A stretch of 64,000 nt of DNA from the NCBI GenBank assembly GCA_000182565.2, contig KQ257459.1; one strand, 5' to 3'. Of the stretch, positions 12,971-26,158 are shown piece by piece; within the stretch, counting starts at the first letter, position 1; the number at the start of each line of letters is the position of its first letter. A program made the translations under genes and the position numbers. The notes below the pieces were generated by a model. That model was not told where the DNA came from. It was given only the letters and a program-made list of their open reading frames with translations, and ran no database searches. Origin of the DNA: Spizellomyces punctatus DAOM BR117 (Eukaryota).

Positions 12971-13696
12971 ATGTTATTATATGCAGGATGGGGGCTCCTA
13001 CTCGTTATCGTCATCACACCGTGTCAGTCTAGTCCTCTCTCGCAGCTTCAGGATATTCCTCCGCCATCTCCCTCTTCCTCCACACAGCCCCCCGCTCCAA
13101 AAGAAATGTCTGCAGCTGCATCTGAATCGGCAGGATCAAATCCGACTGGCTCAGGCGATGGTCTTCGAGTCGCCCTACCTCCCGCTCTTCTTCTCTTACT
13201 TGCCTTCCTTGTCCTCATGGTGACGATCCTAGTATGCGCATGCCGCTCTCGTCGAAACAACAGAAGAAGGGAGGGGCGAAGCAGTTGGAGAGAGTTGGTT
13301 GTTGCAAATCCGCCTCCAGTACAGCGGGATATGTACGTTGATCCCGAGTACCTTGACACTTTGCCTAGATATTCATCATACAAGACACCGCCGAGATATT
13401 GGTCTGTTTTGAGGATTGTGAGGAAAATGACGTCAAGGAGAACCATGGCTGATACGCATGTGGACAAGGAAGTGAACGAGGAACAGCCCGACGCGGGTAC
13501 GGCGACATTGACAATGCCAGACGTGGAGAGCAATGCGCCCATGGCGGTTGGAGAGGAGCATGGAATATCAATCTCTCGGGAAGCTGGTGCTGGGGGAGGA
13601 GAGATCTCTCGGGAGGAACATTTGCCTCCTACATATCGAGATTCGGTAGAGGCGAATGAACGGCTCTTTATCGCACCTGTTCCTCGTCCTGAATAA
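12971..13696 (+). CDS. Type I single-pass membrane protein with cytosolic PY motifs (candidate Rsp5/Nedd4 adaptor)
   Basis: Signal-peptide-like N-terminus, short P/S-rich ectodomain, TM ALLLLLAFLVLMVTILVCAC followed by RSRRNNRRR, then LPRY, PPRY and LPPTY motifs. Confidence 0.75.
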   Translation: MLLYAGWGLLLVIVITPCQSSPLSQLQDIPPPSPSSSTQPPAPKEMSAAASESAGSNPTGSGDGLRVALPPALLLLLAFLVLMVTILVCACRSRRNNRRREGRSSWRELVVANPPPVQRDMYVDPEYLDTLPRYSSYKTPPRYWSVLRIVRKMTSRRTMADTHVDKEVNEEQPDAGTATLTMPDVESNAPMAVGEEHGISISREAGAGGGEISREEHLPPTYRDSVEANERLFIAPVPRPE

Positions 13697-14718
13697 TCAT
13701 TTCATTATACATTGACTTATTTTTCCTATTATATCAATATATGGCATTGTAAATAGCAGTATGTATAGCATTGTTTTATACTGGGTTTGCAATAGATAGC
13801 CAGTGCATAACTCTGGTATTACCATAACAACAAGGACGGATTAGAATGTCTAATCACATTCCAATGAGCTCTTTCATTAGCATTTGATTCCAACCATCCA
13901 TTCCACGACAAAAAGTTCTTTGAGGTTTGTCTAGCAGCTTTTGCTGGACGTAGAGGCATCGTTTCTGGGCTCAGAGAAGAAACGAGCGCGAGAACGACGG
14001 GTGGGGATCGGCACGCTTTGACTTGGAAAATAAAGGCGAATAGGCAGCATATAGTTGACGGGATTGTTTTTATTGTCCTTCTGAAGGATTGCTTGACTGG
14101 TCATCTGCGGGCGTTACATTCATCTCGCAAGGATTTTTGACGATCGTTCCCACCAGCCGCCCAGACATTGTGTTCAATTCTGCTTTTTTGGACACACGGC
14201 TTGACATCATCTTTGGAAACTCTGCTGCATCCATCTTCTTGTCTTTTGCTGTCGGCATTTCCTTTGATTGTTTTTGTTGGCGTTTGTTCGGTAAGTTGTC
14301 AAGTTGTTTGATAAGAATGCGGTGGACGAGGGGCGGACAGTGTTATGTTTCAGTAGATTTGGACAAGTTATTGGCATGTTGGGATCATGGGAATTAGCAA
14401 ACGTATGGAAGTAGGAGGTGAAAGTCTGATGCTGCGCGCCGATCAGGACGTGTCCCTCAGACTCTCCTATTGACTTTAGTGCAAGCACACTATCATGGCA
14501 TAATAACAGGATGTGTCTGTCATTAGCGCTTTATGAGTTGAGATAGGAGGGGCTGACTGCGCTGATCCTGCAAGAGTGTGCCAAGCTAATTTTTCCCATT
14601 CCTGGGCACTTTCAGAATGATTAGCATTCACGACGTTGACGAATCTCCAATCAAGGAAAAGTGGCGGAATACACAGGGTATTCAGTTTCAGACAACCGAT
14701 CAGCTCGCCGATCCGCAT

Positions 14719-16019
14719 ATGGCACCCATGGTACGTGTCACTCTTCAGTTTAGGGATACGTGCAAGCTGAAATTCACCAGAGTAAACTAATAGAATGTAA
14801 TGATGCAGCCTGACTCTGGTGAACCAGATCGCTCGAAAATGATTTCACCCGCTCCAGTCAACAATGGCACGACCGTCGAAGGGCAATCTGGGTCAGCTGT
14901 GCAGCATCCGAGTTACCATGATATCATTTGCTCGCACCTCTACCACAATGGATATCTCCAGGGGCTCTACGCGGACTTGATCATTCGTTTGCAAAATGTA
15001 CATCCCGCGGTCAACGGTGTATCTGGTGGATCACCGCTGGATGGAATCTTGTTCAAGTTGCACCGCATCATTGCCATTCGAAGCCCGTATTTGTCGTCGT
15101 TGTTGCAGGATATGGAAGCGAATGGAGAGTAAGTATTTTGAATCATCTCAAATGTAGTTTGTGCAAGGTAGCTGATATCTTTTTTCTAGATACCAACCCA
15201 TTGTGTCGTTGACGCTCCCGACGCACGATCCTAACTTGACTGCCGACGGTCTGTCAATCGCCTTTGGACACCTCTACGCCTCCTACCCGCACTCCCTGCT
15301 GGCTTCCACTGACGGTGCTCCTGGCCAACGGTCTGCTCTCCTTCGTTCAGTTCTCTGCGCTGCCAACCTCCTCCAACTCGGTGATCTCGCAAACATCGCT
15401 GCGGATCAGATCAAAGCGGACATCACTCGTGGTACTGTGATGGACTACTGTCACTTTATTAGCCAGCCAGAGTACGGTGGCAGCTATGGTAACTTTGCCC
15501 AGGAGATTCGCGAAGCTGTGTTGAACTATCTGTATAAGGGGGTTGTCCGTGATGTCGCAGAGCAGTTCGGGCCAATCTGGGGAAACCGGGAAGGAGAGGC
15601 CTACCGTGAGCTTGTCAGAACCTTTGCGGAATTACCTTTTGAGTGGTTGAAAAAGGTGGTAGAAAGCAAGAGCTTTGAGGTTCCTGGTGACATGGAAAGG
15701 TTCGTGCAAGGGAATTCTTGAAGGCATGTTGCGGCTATGATCTAACCCGTGTGCGCACTGTAGATTCGCGTTTGCCAAAGAGATTATATCCCTCCGTCAG
15801 CGTAACAAGGCACCTTCTTCTACTCTCTTAGCCGGTGAAGAGAACGTATTGCTTGCATTCGGATCCAAAGAGCGGACAGGTGTGACGATCGTTCGAAAGG
15901 CTGTTCGTGGTGGTGTGAATGCGCCGCATCATGTCAACGGTGTTGCTGGTGGGGTGCAGGGTAGTAGAGGCGTTGCGTTTGGAGGAACAGAACGGAGAGT
16001 GTGGAAGGCAGGGCATTAA
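14719..16019 (+). CDS. BTB/POZ domain protein (Mug30/GCL-like), 4 exons
   Basis: Micro-exon MAPM, intron 14731-14793, then HLYHNGYLQGLYADL...FKLHRIIAIRSPYLSSLL (BTB start), GLSIAFGHLY, VLCAANLLQL, LPFEWLKKVVES...MERFAFAKEII. Stop TAA at 16017-16019. Confidence 0.85.
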
Positions 16020-17049
16020 TGCGGGAAGTTGATTATATATCTGTAGTTGTGTGTTGCGTAGTTGCTTTGGTTGAAATAAGAATGGTTGTGGCCTGTGAGT
16101 AAGTTTCGTTTGGCAGCAACTGATGGTGAAGCATGAAAGAGGATTAACTTGCTGTCGACACGGCAAAGAAATGAAATGGGTGCTGAGCGATGTCTTGATA
16201 GTCTCCAGAAATGTCCATTTTTTCGGGACCATGGATCAATTCGCCCCGCTGCTTATGCATTGATAGGGGTAATTATCGTCACCTATCACAAAATGAGTGC
16301 CTCAAAGACGATCACTGTTTTGGTCAAGAACCATCTCAGACTTTTTGATCAAATCCGGGGGGAGGGAGATTGAATTAGGACTGCATGTTCAATACTATTT
16401 TGTTGTGAAGGATGTTAATCCTTTGAACGTCAGTGCCTTTGCAACCTTGACGCTCGCCACTACCAGTAACCAGAAGGCCGAGGTTGTCACTTCTGCCAAC
16501 GAATCCATACACTTCTGAACGGCATCAACATTATTTGGCACATTACGTTGGCCCGCGGCTGTCAAAGCTGCAGATTGACTTACATGGATGTAATTATACA
16601 GTGTAGCCAAACAGGTCTCAACGTAACATCATGGTCGACAATTCTTGAATTATCATCGCTGCGTTCGAGCCAATTGTTAACCTTTTATTGGCTATGAATG
16701 CATGATAGCTGGTCTCTGCTCATTTTCCTACCATCAGTGGTAGCTTTGATGTTCCAGACAATTACCCTATACAAGTTGCTATAGTCGACTCGCATAGCAA
16801 GATGACAGATAAGTTCCAATTCTAGATTTATTTATCTTATTATTCGCATTCTGCTTCCAAAATCATAAACAAAGGAAAAAAGGTGTAGACGATTAGCGTC
16901 CTCGTTCGTTGATCAAACCTGCTCGTGGATTCTGACTGTATCGACGTGCTGGCATATCGGCCAGGAACTTTACCGAAAAAGACATGAGTAAAGAATCCGT
17001 TTACAGTCCGATTCATGCTTTACCATCTGAGGGATATGCTGCAATAGTC

Positions 17050-17800
17050 AAAACAAGTGCGCTTATGTGCAATACGACGTGGAAGGCGGGGGGGTCGATG
17101 CAGTAACAAATGCTACTTTAAACGACTTTCTGAGGTACATGTAAAACGAGCATCAGGTAAGAAGTGCATGGCGGAAGGGAGGGATATACGGGCTATAAGT
17201 TCACATTAGTACATTATACCGACATCAATTTGTTTTACGCCCACCACCAATGGCATTTGCACAACTGGGGCAAATCGCTCTTGAACGGCATATGGATGCA
17301 CTCAAACGACTGTGGCGGGCCATAGTCTTCGTAAACTAATTACTGATAACTTTCTCCAACTTTGCGCTTGGGACACTTGCAATGAGTTAAAGGTTTCCCC
17401 GTGTATGACTGCGAGCAATTGTGCAAATGTGAATTCTTGCGTGAATGGAGCCTGTGTTCCATCCGGTCGCAGAGCTCTTGGCAAGTACTTGCGGTATCAG
17501 CACCGTTTGTGCTTCAACAAAACGTGTCGGCGTAGGCGGCTCAACTGGATTATGCTTATCACCCGACCAGCGGTCTTCTACAGTAAATGTATACGAACAG
17601 TATTCAATGGGACCGGCAGCTTTACGTTGATGGCTTCAGTTTTCCATCCGAAAATCTTGAGCTCATTAGCTCATGCAATGATACCTCCAAATTGTGCAAC
17701 GGAATTGTGATGTCGGGCGGGAAGCATCAAACCACTGCTTGGCTCTCTATGCCGAGTGTGCAAGTGTGCATCAATAATTGCATACGTGAAAATGTGGCAA
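17050..17800 (+). pseudogene. Possible degenerate cysteine-rich (EB/EGF-like module) gene
   Basis: Cys-rich fragments in shifting frames with stops: ICFTPTTNGICTTG, SNDCGG, PCMTASNCANVNSCVNGACVP, STCGISTVC, CNDTSKLCNG. Confidence 0.3.
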
Positions 17801-19478
17801 GAAATGAGAGGCAAGAAAGGCCTTGGAGAAAATGCACAGTGATATGCTGAATGTCTGCCCGAGTCTTGCGACTCTGTGTGCTCTTTACCCTCATTGGTGA
17901 ACGGTAAGTACTTAAAAAGTACATCTATCTCGTTCCACGCATAAGTCTAACTACCATATGTTTATTTTAAGCATTGGAGTATATCGGTCTTCTTCGGCAA
18001 ACCTAGGATTTGGCGCCGACCAACCTTAGGAAGTCTTCTTCCCGAAGAATTTGGCTCCTCGTCTTGACCGATGTACCAGTCTTTATTACGGTTTGTCCCA
18101 CTCTCTCTATCACAAACTTTGAAAATGGCATAAGGACATACTACATTTTTAAGTTACCAAATGGGCCTAGGGTTGAGGCAGTTCCTCTTGCCTTCAGCGA
18201 GCCGCATGATCGCATGAGCGCCTCGTGCTGATTGACCGTACTTTCTGCAAGAGTACCATGATGAGAGACAATCGCTCAACTGGAATATTTTTCCGCTAAC
18301 TTGCAATGGGCAACAGAGTAGCGCCTACAACCAATCAATGGAGGGTGCATGAAGACAATGTGGAGAACAACAAACATACGGTTACCCATATTACCACAAG
18401 CTTTTGGGAAAGGGTAACGGTTCTCTGGTTTTTGGGGTTTCTCCAGTTTGTAGGGTAATCACTCGAAAAGCAATCGTAATTTGCAGACCATTAACGCAGC
18501 CGCCAAAGCATTATATCAATGATGAGTTCATTTTCTTCGTCATCATTCTGGCCGTACGTTTTGCTTTAATGTCTGCAGTGTGATAGCGGATTGTATGATA
18601 TTGAGATAGAGGGGTGAAGGACGATACAGTAATACCGATTTTAGAACTTGGACTCCATCGTTTCTGGTAATGAGAGCAATGGTCGCCTTTGCAAGGGCCA
18701 ACATCAGTATCAAGATTCGACCGAGCTCCATGATTCCTGCATACTGGGTTAGAAGGGCGTCTCCAATATGGATATTTTGGGCTTGTGTAAATTTCAAGCT
18801 GTCATATTCCTGCCAAATGCTCAGCAAGACAGCATCTGATCGCCAACGCTCTAGCAAATCTGAGCAATGATCTTCCACTATCCTCTGTATGCATTCTCCA
18901 TCTAGCCACCACAATTAGTGCCTCCAGGTTATTTTGATTAATGCTTTCCTAGTCTTCCGTTATAATCTTACTGTGACGTGGTTCTCATTTGTCTGGTCAG
19001 CAAGGGCAAGCTTGACTCGTATGAAAGCGTTTATGCCACTCTGTCACTGCTACTAAACTTCCCTGAACTGGCTTGGCCGATGCATTGGCAAGGAACTATT
19101 GTCCTTCCATGACAATGGTCATATCGCCGACGACTTTGTCTTGGCCTTTCCACCATATTAGCAACCTGGAAGATGAACCCGCGGACGGACTCATATAGTC
19201 ACGCACACATACACTTTGCGCAATTTCCTTCGCCTGTACAGAGAAAGCCAAAAAGCGCTTGCATTGTTCATGTCCCAGGTGCTCCACAGATGTCGGACTG
19301 CTTTTGGGCTTTGCGGAAGACAGGCGTTGCTGGTCGACCAGGCATGCTGCCATCGGATGACTGTGCGAATTTGGGAGCTCATCGCATGGCTGTGCCCCTT
19401 CACGTGCCTAGTTCAAGCAGCTTGCTTTGAGCGTTCTCGTTGTTCTTTGGGCACCTCTCAACTTGCGTCCAGTAGGAA

Positions 19479-21341
19479 ATGTCCTCCCCGCCTCGCCAGG
19501 GCCGGCCTCAACCCTTCCAAAGGCGCTACAATAACCCCACCGGACAAGGCTTCACACCAAACCCAACAGATAAACGCGATTTTGTGGACGGAAAGCGAGT
19601 GCGAAAGGCGATTCAACGACGGACTGTTGACTACAATGGAGTCGTCATTCGGCACTTGGAATTGAGATCCTGTGCACGAGGATGGAAGGATTATGTTGCG
19701 ATACAACCTGATCCGAACTTTATTGTTAACATTCAGCCACCCTTTTGCTACCCGAACAATCACTCCACATCCGTGACGACCAAGTTTGTGCACACATCCA
19801 CCAACAAGATCCGATGTCCTATCAACGCAGTTCGGTGGACGCCAGAGGGCCGCCGTCTTATAACCGGTGCATCAAGCGGGGAGTTTACACTATGGAATGG
19901 TCTCACCTTCAATTTTGAGACAATCTTACAGGCACACGACAAAGCGGTTCGAACAATGGTTTGGTCCCACAACGACACATGGCTTATCACAGGAGATGAC
20001 TCTGGGATTATCAAGTATTGGCAGTCCAATATGAACAACCTCAAAGTCGTTGTAGCACATAAGGAGACCGTGAGAGATCTGACGTTTTCTCCTACGGATG
20101 CAAAATATGCAAGTTGCTCGGACGATGGAACCATTAAGATCTGGTCGTTTGCAGACGCGATTGAGGAAAGGACTTTAACTGGGCATGGGTGGGATGTGAA
20201 ATGCATTGATTGGCATCCCAGCAAGGCACTGCTAGCCTCTGGATCCAAAGATAACCTCGTGAAGCTTTGGGATCCAAAGACCGGGAAAGCCCTTGCCACG
20301 CTCCATGGACACAAAAATACTATTCTAGGAATCGAGTGGAATAAGAACGGGAACTGGCTCGTAACGGCGTCAAGGGATCAATTGCTCAGGGTGTATGATA
20401 TTCGGACTATGAGAGAGCTCCAAGCCTTTAGAGGACATAAGAAGGATGTACAATCGGTTGCATGGCATCCAGTGCACGAATCCTTGTTTGTTAGTGGTGG
20501 AAGCGACGGGAGTATGATGTTTTGGGACGTTGGCACAGAGCATTCAGTTGGAGGTATGGAAGGCGCTCATGAATCGTCGGTCTTTGCCCTCGACTGGCAT
20601 CCTATGGGACATATTCTGGTATCTGGGTCCAATGATCACACAACACGATTTTGGACACGTAATCGTCCAGGGGATGCTATGCACGATCGGTTTGCGTTTA
20701 CTAGACAACAAGCGGACGCGATGGGACTCAAAGCAGAGGACGAGGAGGATGAGGCCAGCGAGGAGGGCAGTCAGGCAGGGGGGGACTGGGATGGTGGAGC
20801 GGGTGGTGCATTGCCTGGTCTTGGCGAGTTTGATGGTATTCCTGGGATTGGCTTTGGTGGATCTGGGATAAGCGTGGGAGGACGGTATGGGAGAGATGAG
20901 GAAGACTCGCGGGCTACCAAGCGACCAAGAGTTGACGGTGAATCCGGACATGGAAGATCTGGAGGGAACAGAGGCGGACGGCAGAATCAAAATCGCGGCG
21001 GGGACTGGGGTGGACGTGATCGAGGCGGAAGACAGGATCAATATGGCCGCGGAGGGTCTACCTACTCGGGACAAGGAGGGCGGAATGCACAGAATCGTGG
21101 TGGTGGTGGTGGATACGGACGATCACATCCTCAAGATGGGACTCCACCGACTGCTGGACCACCACCCTTTACACACACCTTTGACACACTATCCCAACAG
21201 CAGCCACCCCCGGTTGCTCCATCGCAACAGGGCCAGCAACTATTGACTCAGCTGGCTGCGCAAGGCTTCCCAATCAATGCGGGATTGGTAAATGCTTTGA
21301 CGGGGCTTGGGACGGGCCCCGCGGGTGGATCTGGAAGATAG
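19479..21341 (+). CDS. PFS2: Polyadenylation factor subunit 2 (WDR33), WD40 protein, intronless
   Basis: Signature [61 protein letters not shown], seven WD40 repeats, [11 protein letters not shown], and an RGG/Gly-rich tail. Confidence 0.97.
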   Translation: MSSPPRQGRPQPFQRRYNNPTGQGFTPNPTDKRDFVDGKRVRKAIQRRTVDYNGVVIRHLELRSCARGWKDYVAIQPDPNFIVNIQPPFCYPNNHSTSVTTKFVHTSTNKIRCPINAVRWTPEGRRLITGASSGEFTLWNGLTFNFETILQAHDKAVRTMVWSHNDTWLITGDDSGIIKYWQSNMNNLKVVVAHKETVRDLTFSPTDAKYASCSDDGTIKIWSFADAIEERTLTGHGWDVKCIDWHPSKALLASGSKDNLVKLWDPKTGKALATLHGHKNTILGIEWNKNGNWLVTASRDQLLRVYDIRTMRELQAFRGHKKDVQSVAWHPVHESLFVSGGSDGSMMFWDVGTEHSVGGMEGAHESSVFALDWHPMGHILVSGSNDHTTRFWTRNRPGDAMHDRFAFTRQQADAMGLKAEDEEDEASEEGSQAGGDWDGGAGGALPGLGEFDGIPGIGFGGSGISVGGRYGRDEEDSRATKRPRVDGESGHGRSGGNRGGRQNQNRGGDWGGRDRGGRQDQYGRGGSTYSGQGGRNAQNRGGGGGYGRSHPQDGTPPTAGPPPFTHTFDTLSQQQPPPVAPSQQGQQLLTQLAAQGFPINAGLVNALTGLGTGPAGGSGR

Positions 21342-21599
21342 TGGATGATTTGACTAGAATTTGGTGTAAATAGTTTCTGGAATTAATGTGGGATCTAGTG
21401 GCAAGCTACTGTGAATGTTTGCATGCCATAGTTTGCTGGTGATGCTTTGAGCGGATCATTGTTGCCCCTTTGTTCGAGCAAAATCAGCGTTTATTGCAAG
21501 ACCGCCTTTTATTCCTTGTCCACTAGACCGAAACTCACAGGGATATATCTCAAATGTAGAGCCACTTTTATTCTGTTGTAACACCCGCGCGGGCTAATC

Positions 21600-22700
21600 T
21601 GCATCACTAGGTCGTCTGGTCTCTGCGGTTTTGACCAAGCGGCAGGGTACATAGCGGCAGGCGTTCTTTTGATGTATCGATCCCGAAATGCATGGCGATG
21701 CTAGAGCTTGGTCTGGCCTTTCAGCTGCATCCTGCTGACAAGGGGGTCAGGTGTCTGGCCGGATATAGGGCATTCAGTTTGACGTCGAATGATATGCTCT
21801 TCACGATGGAGACAAGCCACTGTCCAGGTCGAATGAGTTCAGGAAAAGGGGTACATTGGCTTTGTTTGTCGCCATGAGCGGGTTCAGTTACGTTGGAAAA
21901 GTTTGACGACATTGTGCTCACCACAAAACAAGAGGCAAGTTGAATATCAGAAACCTTTCATTTGTACAGTGTTCGTACAGCTCGGCAGTTGTGTCGACCC
22001 GTATCTGTGAATGAAAAATATGTATGAAAGCACCTACGCCAGTCCATGGGGACGTTTCCCGCTGAGACGTCTTTGTGCGGCTGGGTAGCTAGCCCTCACA
22101 GCCCATATATCGACGCAGTATCCACTTGAATTATATGAGGTTGACTCAATACTAACCCCCTTCCTTCGCTCAGGAAATTCTTGCCGGGTCTGATGAAGGG
22201 ATCGGTGGTGAAGGATCTACTGGCTGGCCGAGAGAGTACCGTGCGCGTGGATTCTCTGGCATTTATGTCGATGACAATCTCGGCATTGAACAAAGGTCCT
22301 TGCTGCTAAACGTCAAAATTGATCATTGCTGCCCGATGAAGTGTGCGATGTCGAGCTTTCTGATGGATTCAGGCTGGCAGACAGTAAGTGTACTAATAAT
22401 GAACCCTATATTGATACGCATCGCAGGATCTATGGCATTTAATGCAGCATTCTGAGTATTGACGCCTTGGATTTCTGCAATTCGCATAGCATACATGTAG
22501 CATACAGCTATCTGAGCATCCCGTGTCTGCCTATTCTCTCCCCTAGCCTCGTGGCTGTATTTCTTTATTATCTTAAATCTAAAATCCTCAGTACTTAAAT
22601 AAAACATGCCTTTGCATCCAATATAAATTCTGAATAATAATGTGATGTCAGCAGCAAAACGATCGTGGTAGACTTGCTCAAATATCGCGAATGACACGTG
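21600..22700 (-). pseudogene. Possible degenerate multi-exon gene of unknown family
   Basis: Series of same-strand ORF fragments (22323-22697, 22096-22293, 21721-21924) with GT..AG intron-like stretches, interrupted by stops. No recognisable domain. Confidence 0.2.
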
Positions 22701-22793
22701 ACTCAGCTATCGTTCAGTTCCGACCTTTGACACTTTTTTGACATTCGTTTTTTTTGCCATCTTGTCCATCTTTGCCGCGTTTTATCGTTCAAC

Positions 22794-24211
22794 ATGTCGT
22801 CTTTTTGGAGGAATTTAACATCGTTACGACCAGCTTGGAGGGAATTGGCGTCGAATCATTGGAGATTTCTGCTGAGAAAGGTGGCCCCAACGAGGGCAGA
22901 GCAGCTTGATCAAAGTAAACAAATAGACTGTATCCGTTTCTTTTTCTTGATATTTTGATAATTATAAGTTTTTTTTTTTGTGTCGACTTCTTTCTATGAT
23001 TATTCTTACCGGTCTGCAACATAGTACTAATGTTCTACCTCCCGGTCCCGCCTTTATCTTGATACAAGTAAAATACAAGTCGGCTCACGCAGCATGGTAT
23101 CAAGAAGCCGTGCTAAGACCTCTGGTGCATCCACTCGAAGGACGACGTATCCACATGGTGGGTGTGCATCATATTTCAAAGGCGTCGGATGTACTCCTTG
23201 AAAAGGTGGTGCGGGTAAAGTCGTCATCGTGAGTACCCTTTAGCTTGCAATGAAACGTATTCCATTGTGGTAGTAATTGCGGTGTATGCAGCCTAACAGC
23301 TATCCTCATTGAAATGGATCAGAAGCGAACAGCGAATCAGATATGGTACCAGTTCAAAATGCAGGCACGACCCGGATCCGAGCGACTACGGGGAAACGAA
23401 ATGGCGGTGGCGAGAGCGTTGGCGGAAAGATATAAACTTCTTTGCGTGGATGTAGACATTTATGTTGAAAATATCAAAGAGAATTGGGAAAAAGTGGATT
23501 GGAACAAGGTGGAGAAGGTTTATGGTCTTCAGGTTTTGTCATGGATGAAAGGTTCCAGTATCTGGTCTGTTTAGCAATGGAGTGTGAAACAGTTTTTTCT
23601 CATATGCTTTTTGTCTTGTTTTCAGATATTCAATTTGAAGGCAACAATCCCAAACTCCGAAAACCTACGGCCATTTCCGTGAAGCCCCTCCTCAAAGCAC
23701 TCGTACTAAATAAATTACGGAACCCCATTTCAAGGAAGTTGATGGGCCCAGAGTTTGCTAAAGATCTTGCCAACGATCGAGTTTCACCTATCGACATTGA
23801 TAAATTCAACGAGTGGCAGAGAATGTTTACTCCACTTGACCATTTGTCGACAATAGTGTTGCGAGACATTTACATGGCTGAGAATGTTCACAAGTTGTGC
23901 TTGGTAATAATGTTCAGCCGTTGCCACGGGGCATTTTCATGATTCTGATTACAACTCTGCTTCCTCAGGATCTCCACGAAGCAAAGATACCTGGCGATAT
24001 TGTCCTTGTTATTGGGAAATCACATGTCTCGGGCATTAGGGCAATCTGGGATAAGGTCTGTCAAATGCAGATTGAACGGCCAGGGTTCCCGGATTACGAT
24101 AATACATCCAAGAAATGGTTGAGAGGTAAAAGTTCCGTTACGGCAGATAAAAGTTCTGTTACGGGAGATACTCGAAAGGTGGTTGGGCAGAAGAAGAAAA
24201 AGAAGCGATGA
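22794..24211 (+). CDS. TraB/PrgY (TRABD/Tiki superfamily) domain protein, multi-exon, probable mitochondrial presequence
   Basis: Motifs IHMVGVHHISKAS, AILIEMD, GNEMAVA, LRDIYMAENV and IVLVIGKSHVSGIRAIW match the TraB fold (H, E, RD and GxxH motifs). N-terminus MSSFWRNLTSLRPAW... is Arg/Ser/Leu-rich. The first exon and start are less certain. Confidence 0.8.
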
Positions 24212-24527
24212 GCTGAATTGGTGTACGTTTAGTTGGGCATTTATCTAGTGTTTACAGAATTTATGGATAGGCATAATTCAAATATTGATACTCGCGTTAG
24301 TCCGCTACCGTTACAGCATAGCATGGGTGTGCCGTGTACGATCGCATTTGTGCGTTTTTGATGAACATCACTAGAATACATTCCATCTTAGCATCCTGCC
24401 TAAACAGCTTTTATTCACACTTTTGTATTAATAGGCCCTTTGCGAGTATTCGTACATTGTAAGGTATCAGCTTCCTATCTGGGCAATTCTACATACATAC
24501 ACTACTACGTCGTACCTTCATCTCACT

Positions 24528-26158
24528 TCATCTAGGATCTCTCGCCAAACCTTCCCACAAAGCCCTCATCAAACTCCTCTCATTCGTGACCGGTACATCA
24601 CCGCTACTCTCCCAGACAATCACACCCTTGAGTCCTCTTTCCCATACATACCGACATTTAGCACGAATGGATTGGGGTGTGTCGTATGAGTTTAGGATGC
24701 GGCGATGGGGGTCGTATGAGTATGATGCTTGAGCCTTGAAAATTTATAATGATGGTCAGTGGTGATTTGTACAATGAACAGCGTTTACAAAACCCTCGAG
24801 GATTGGGTTCATTACTCTACACACCTGTTCATCCCAATACTCCACTGCACCAGGTCTAGGCAGCGTCTTGTAGTCACACACTCCATCCTCCCAGCTTCGG
24901 TCTTCCACGACACCCGATGAAGGCGCGCCCAAACCAGTCGTATTGGCAAATCCTCGTGAGTAGGCCGCGGCGCCTATGACCAGTTTGTGAGGGGGCACAC
25001 CGCGAGATAGATATGCTTCAACTGAACGGGACACGGAGAGCGGGGCATATGGTGTTGAGATGAGGTTGGTTTGATGCCCAGCGGGACATGGTCCCCATGC
25101 AGAAGACGCAAAATCTGGTCACATCACTGATTAGAAAGACGACGTGGAAGAAAATGGAACGAAAAAAAGAACTTACCATATGTCATCACATTGATTGTAT
25201 CCAAATATTGCACCATCTCGCGTAATGGTAAAACATCCATTTTCGCCGGATCACCCGTCACACAAGCCGAAATCTCAAAATGGGAGCGACCAGTTGCATT
25301 CAATCTGTGTCGCAAGAGACGAAGAAACGCGCCAAAGTTTTGTGGGTCCTCTGCTCGGACAATGTTGCCGGGGGCACCGTAGTTTTGATTCGGTGGAGAA
25401 ATGTATTCCCAGTCTCTGTGATAGCAACGGGTGTTAGAAAGCGAATGAAATATGTTTGGTAGACAATGAGAAACAAACAGCAACTCACATATCGACCCGG
25501 TTGAACACCCCTGGCCACCGCTCAAAACATTCCAAAATCCCTTCCACGAAAGCTTCGCGTTCCCTCTCGCCCTTTACGGCATCTGAGAATCCCTTACTCA
25601 ACGTCCACCCACCAACACTCAGCCCAACATTAAACTTTAACCCAAGCTTCTTCAACTTAAGCAACTGCCCAAAATTCCCCCACGGGCCTTTATTCTCGGG
25701 TGTCTCGTTCCATGAGTCTGGCGGTGGGACGCCTTCATCGGGGTTCGTGTACCGCTTGTCCGTGTCCGCCCATGCATCCGTAGAGGTGGGAACGAGGTGA
25801 TGCGGCGGATTTGGTGATGGACGAAGGTCAAAGAAGGCGTAGTTGATATCAGAGATGTATTGGATTGGAAGGTCCTTTATTTGAAAGTTTCGGCCGTAGG
25901 TTGCCCAGTTGGTATGGTAGACTATCAGTTTTTTACCGGTGGCTGTTTTTGAACATGGAGCAGAAGGAAATTGAAACAGCGCTTAGAGAACTGCCTTGTG
26001 TTCGTTTACTGGGATTGCAACCGCGCTATGCACTTACGCCATTCATAAACCTGGTCAGTCACACCATCTTGGGCCATGTCTTTGGACTTGTTACGGAAGA
26101 GTCGGTAAGCGAAAAGCAGCAACGATAAAACGAAAAGAGTCCTATATCGATATCGCAT
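24528..26158 (-). CDS. GH18 chitinase (catalytic domain only), multi-exon
   Basis: LIVYHTNWATYGRNFQ, INYAF, GNFGQLLKLK, LSVGGWT, spliced catalytic motif FNRVDIDWEY, INVMTYDF, KLVIG..YSRGF, SYDTPQSI..K, GLKGVIVWESSGD. Start is either 26158 (hydrophobic leader) or 26077. Confidence 0.95.

Noticed and set aside
13900-14500. Short ORFs between the PY-motif gene and the BTB gene
   Set aside because: Short, on both strands, with no motifs or coherent splice model.
18543-18914. 123-aa minus-strand ORF
   Set aside because: No ATG at the annotated start, no recognisable motif and no linked exons.
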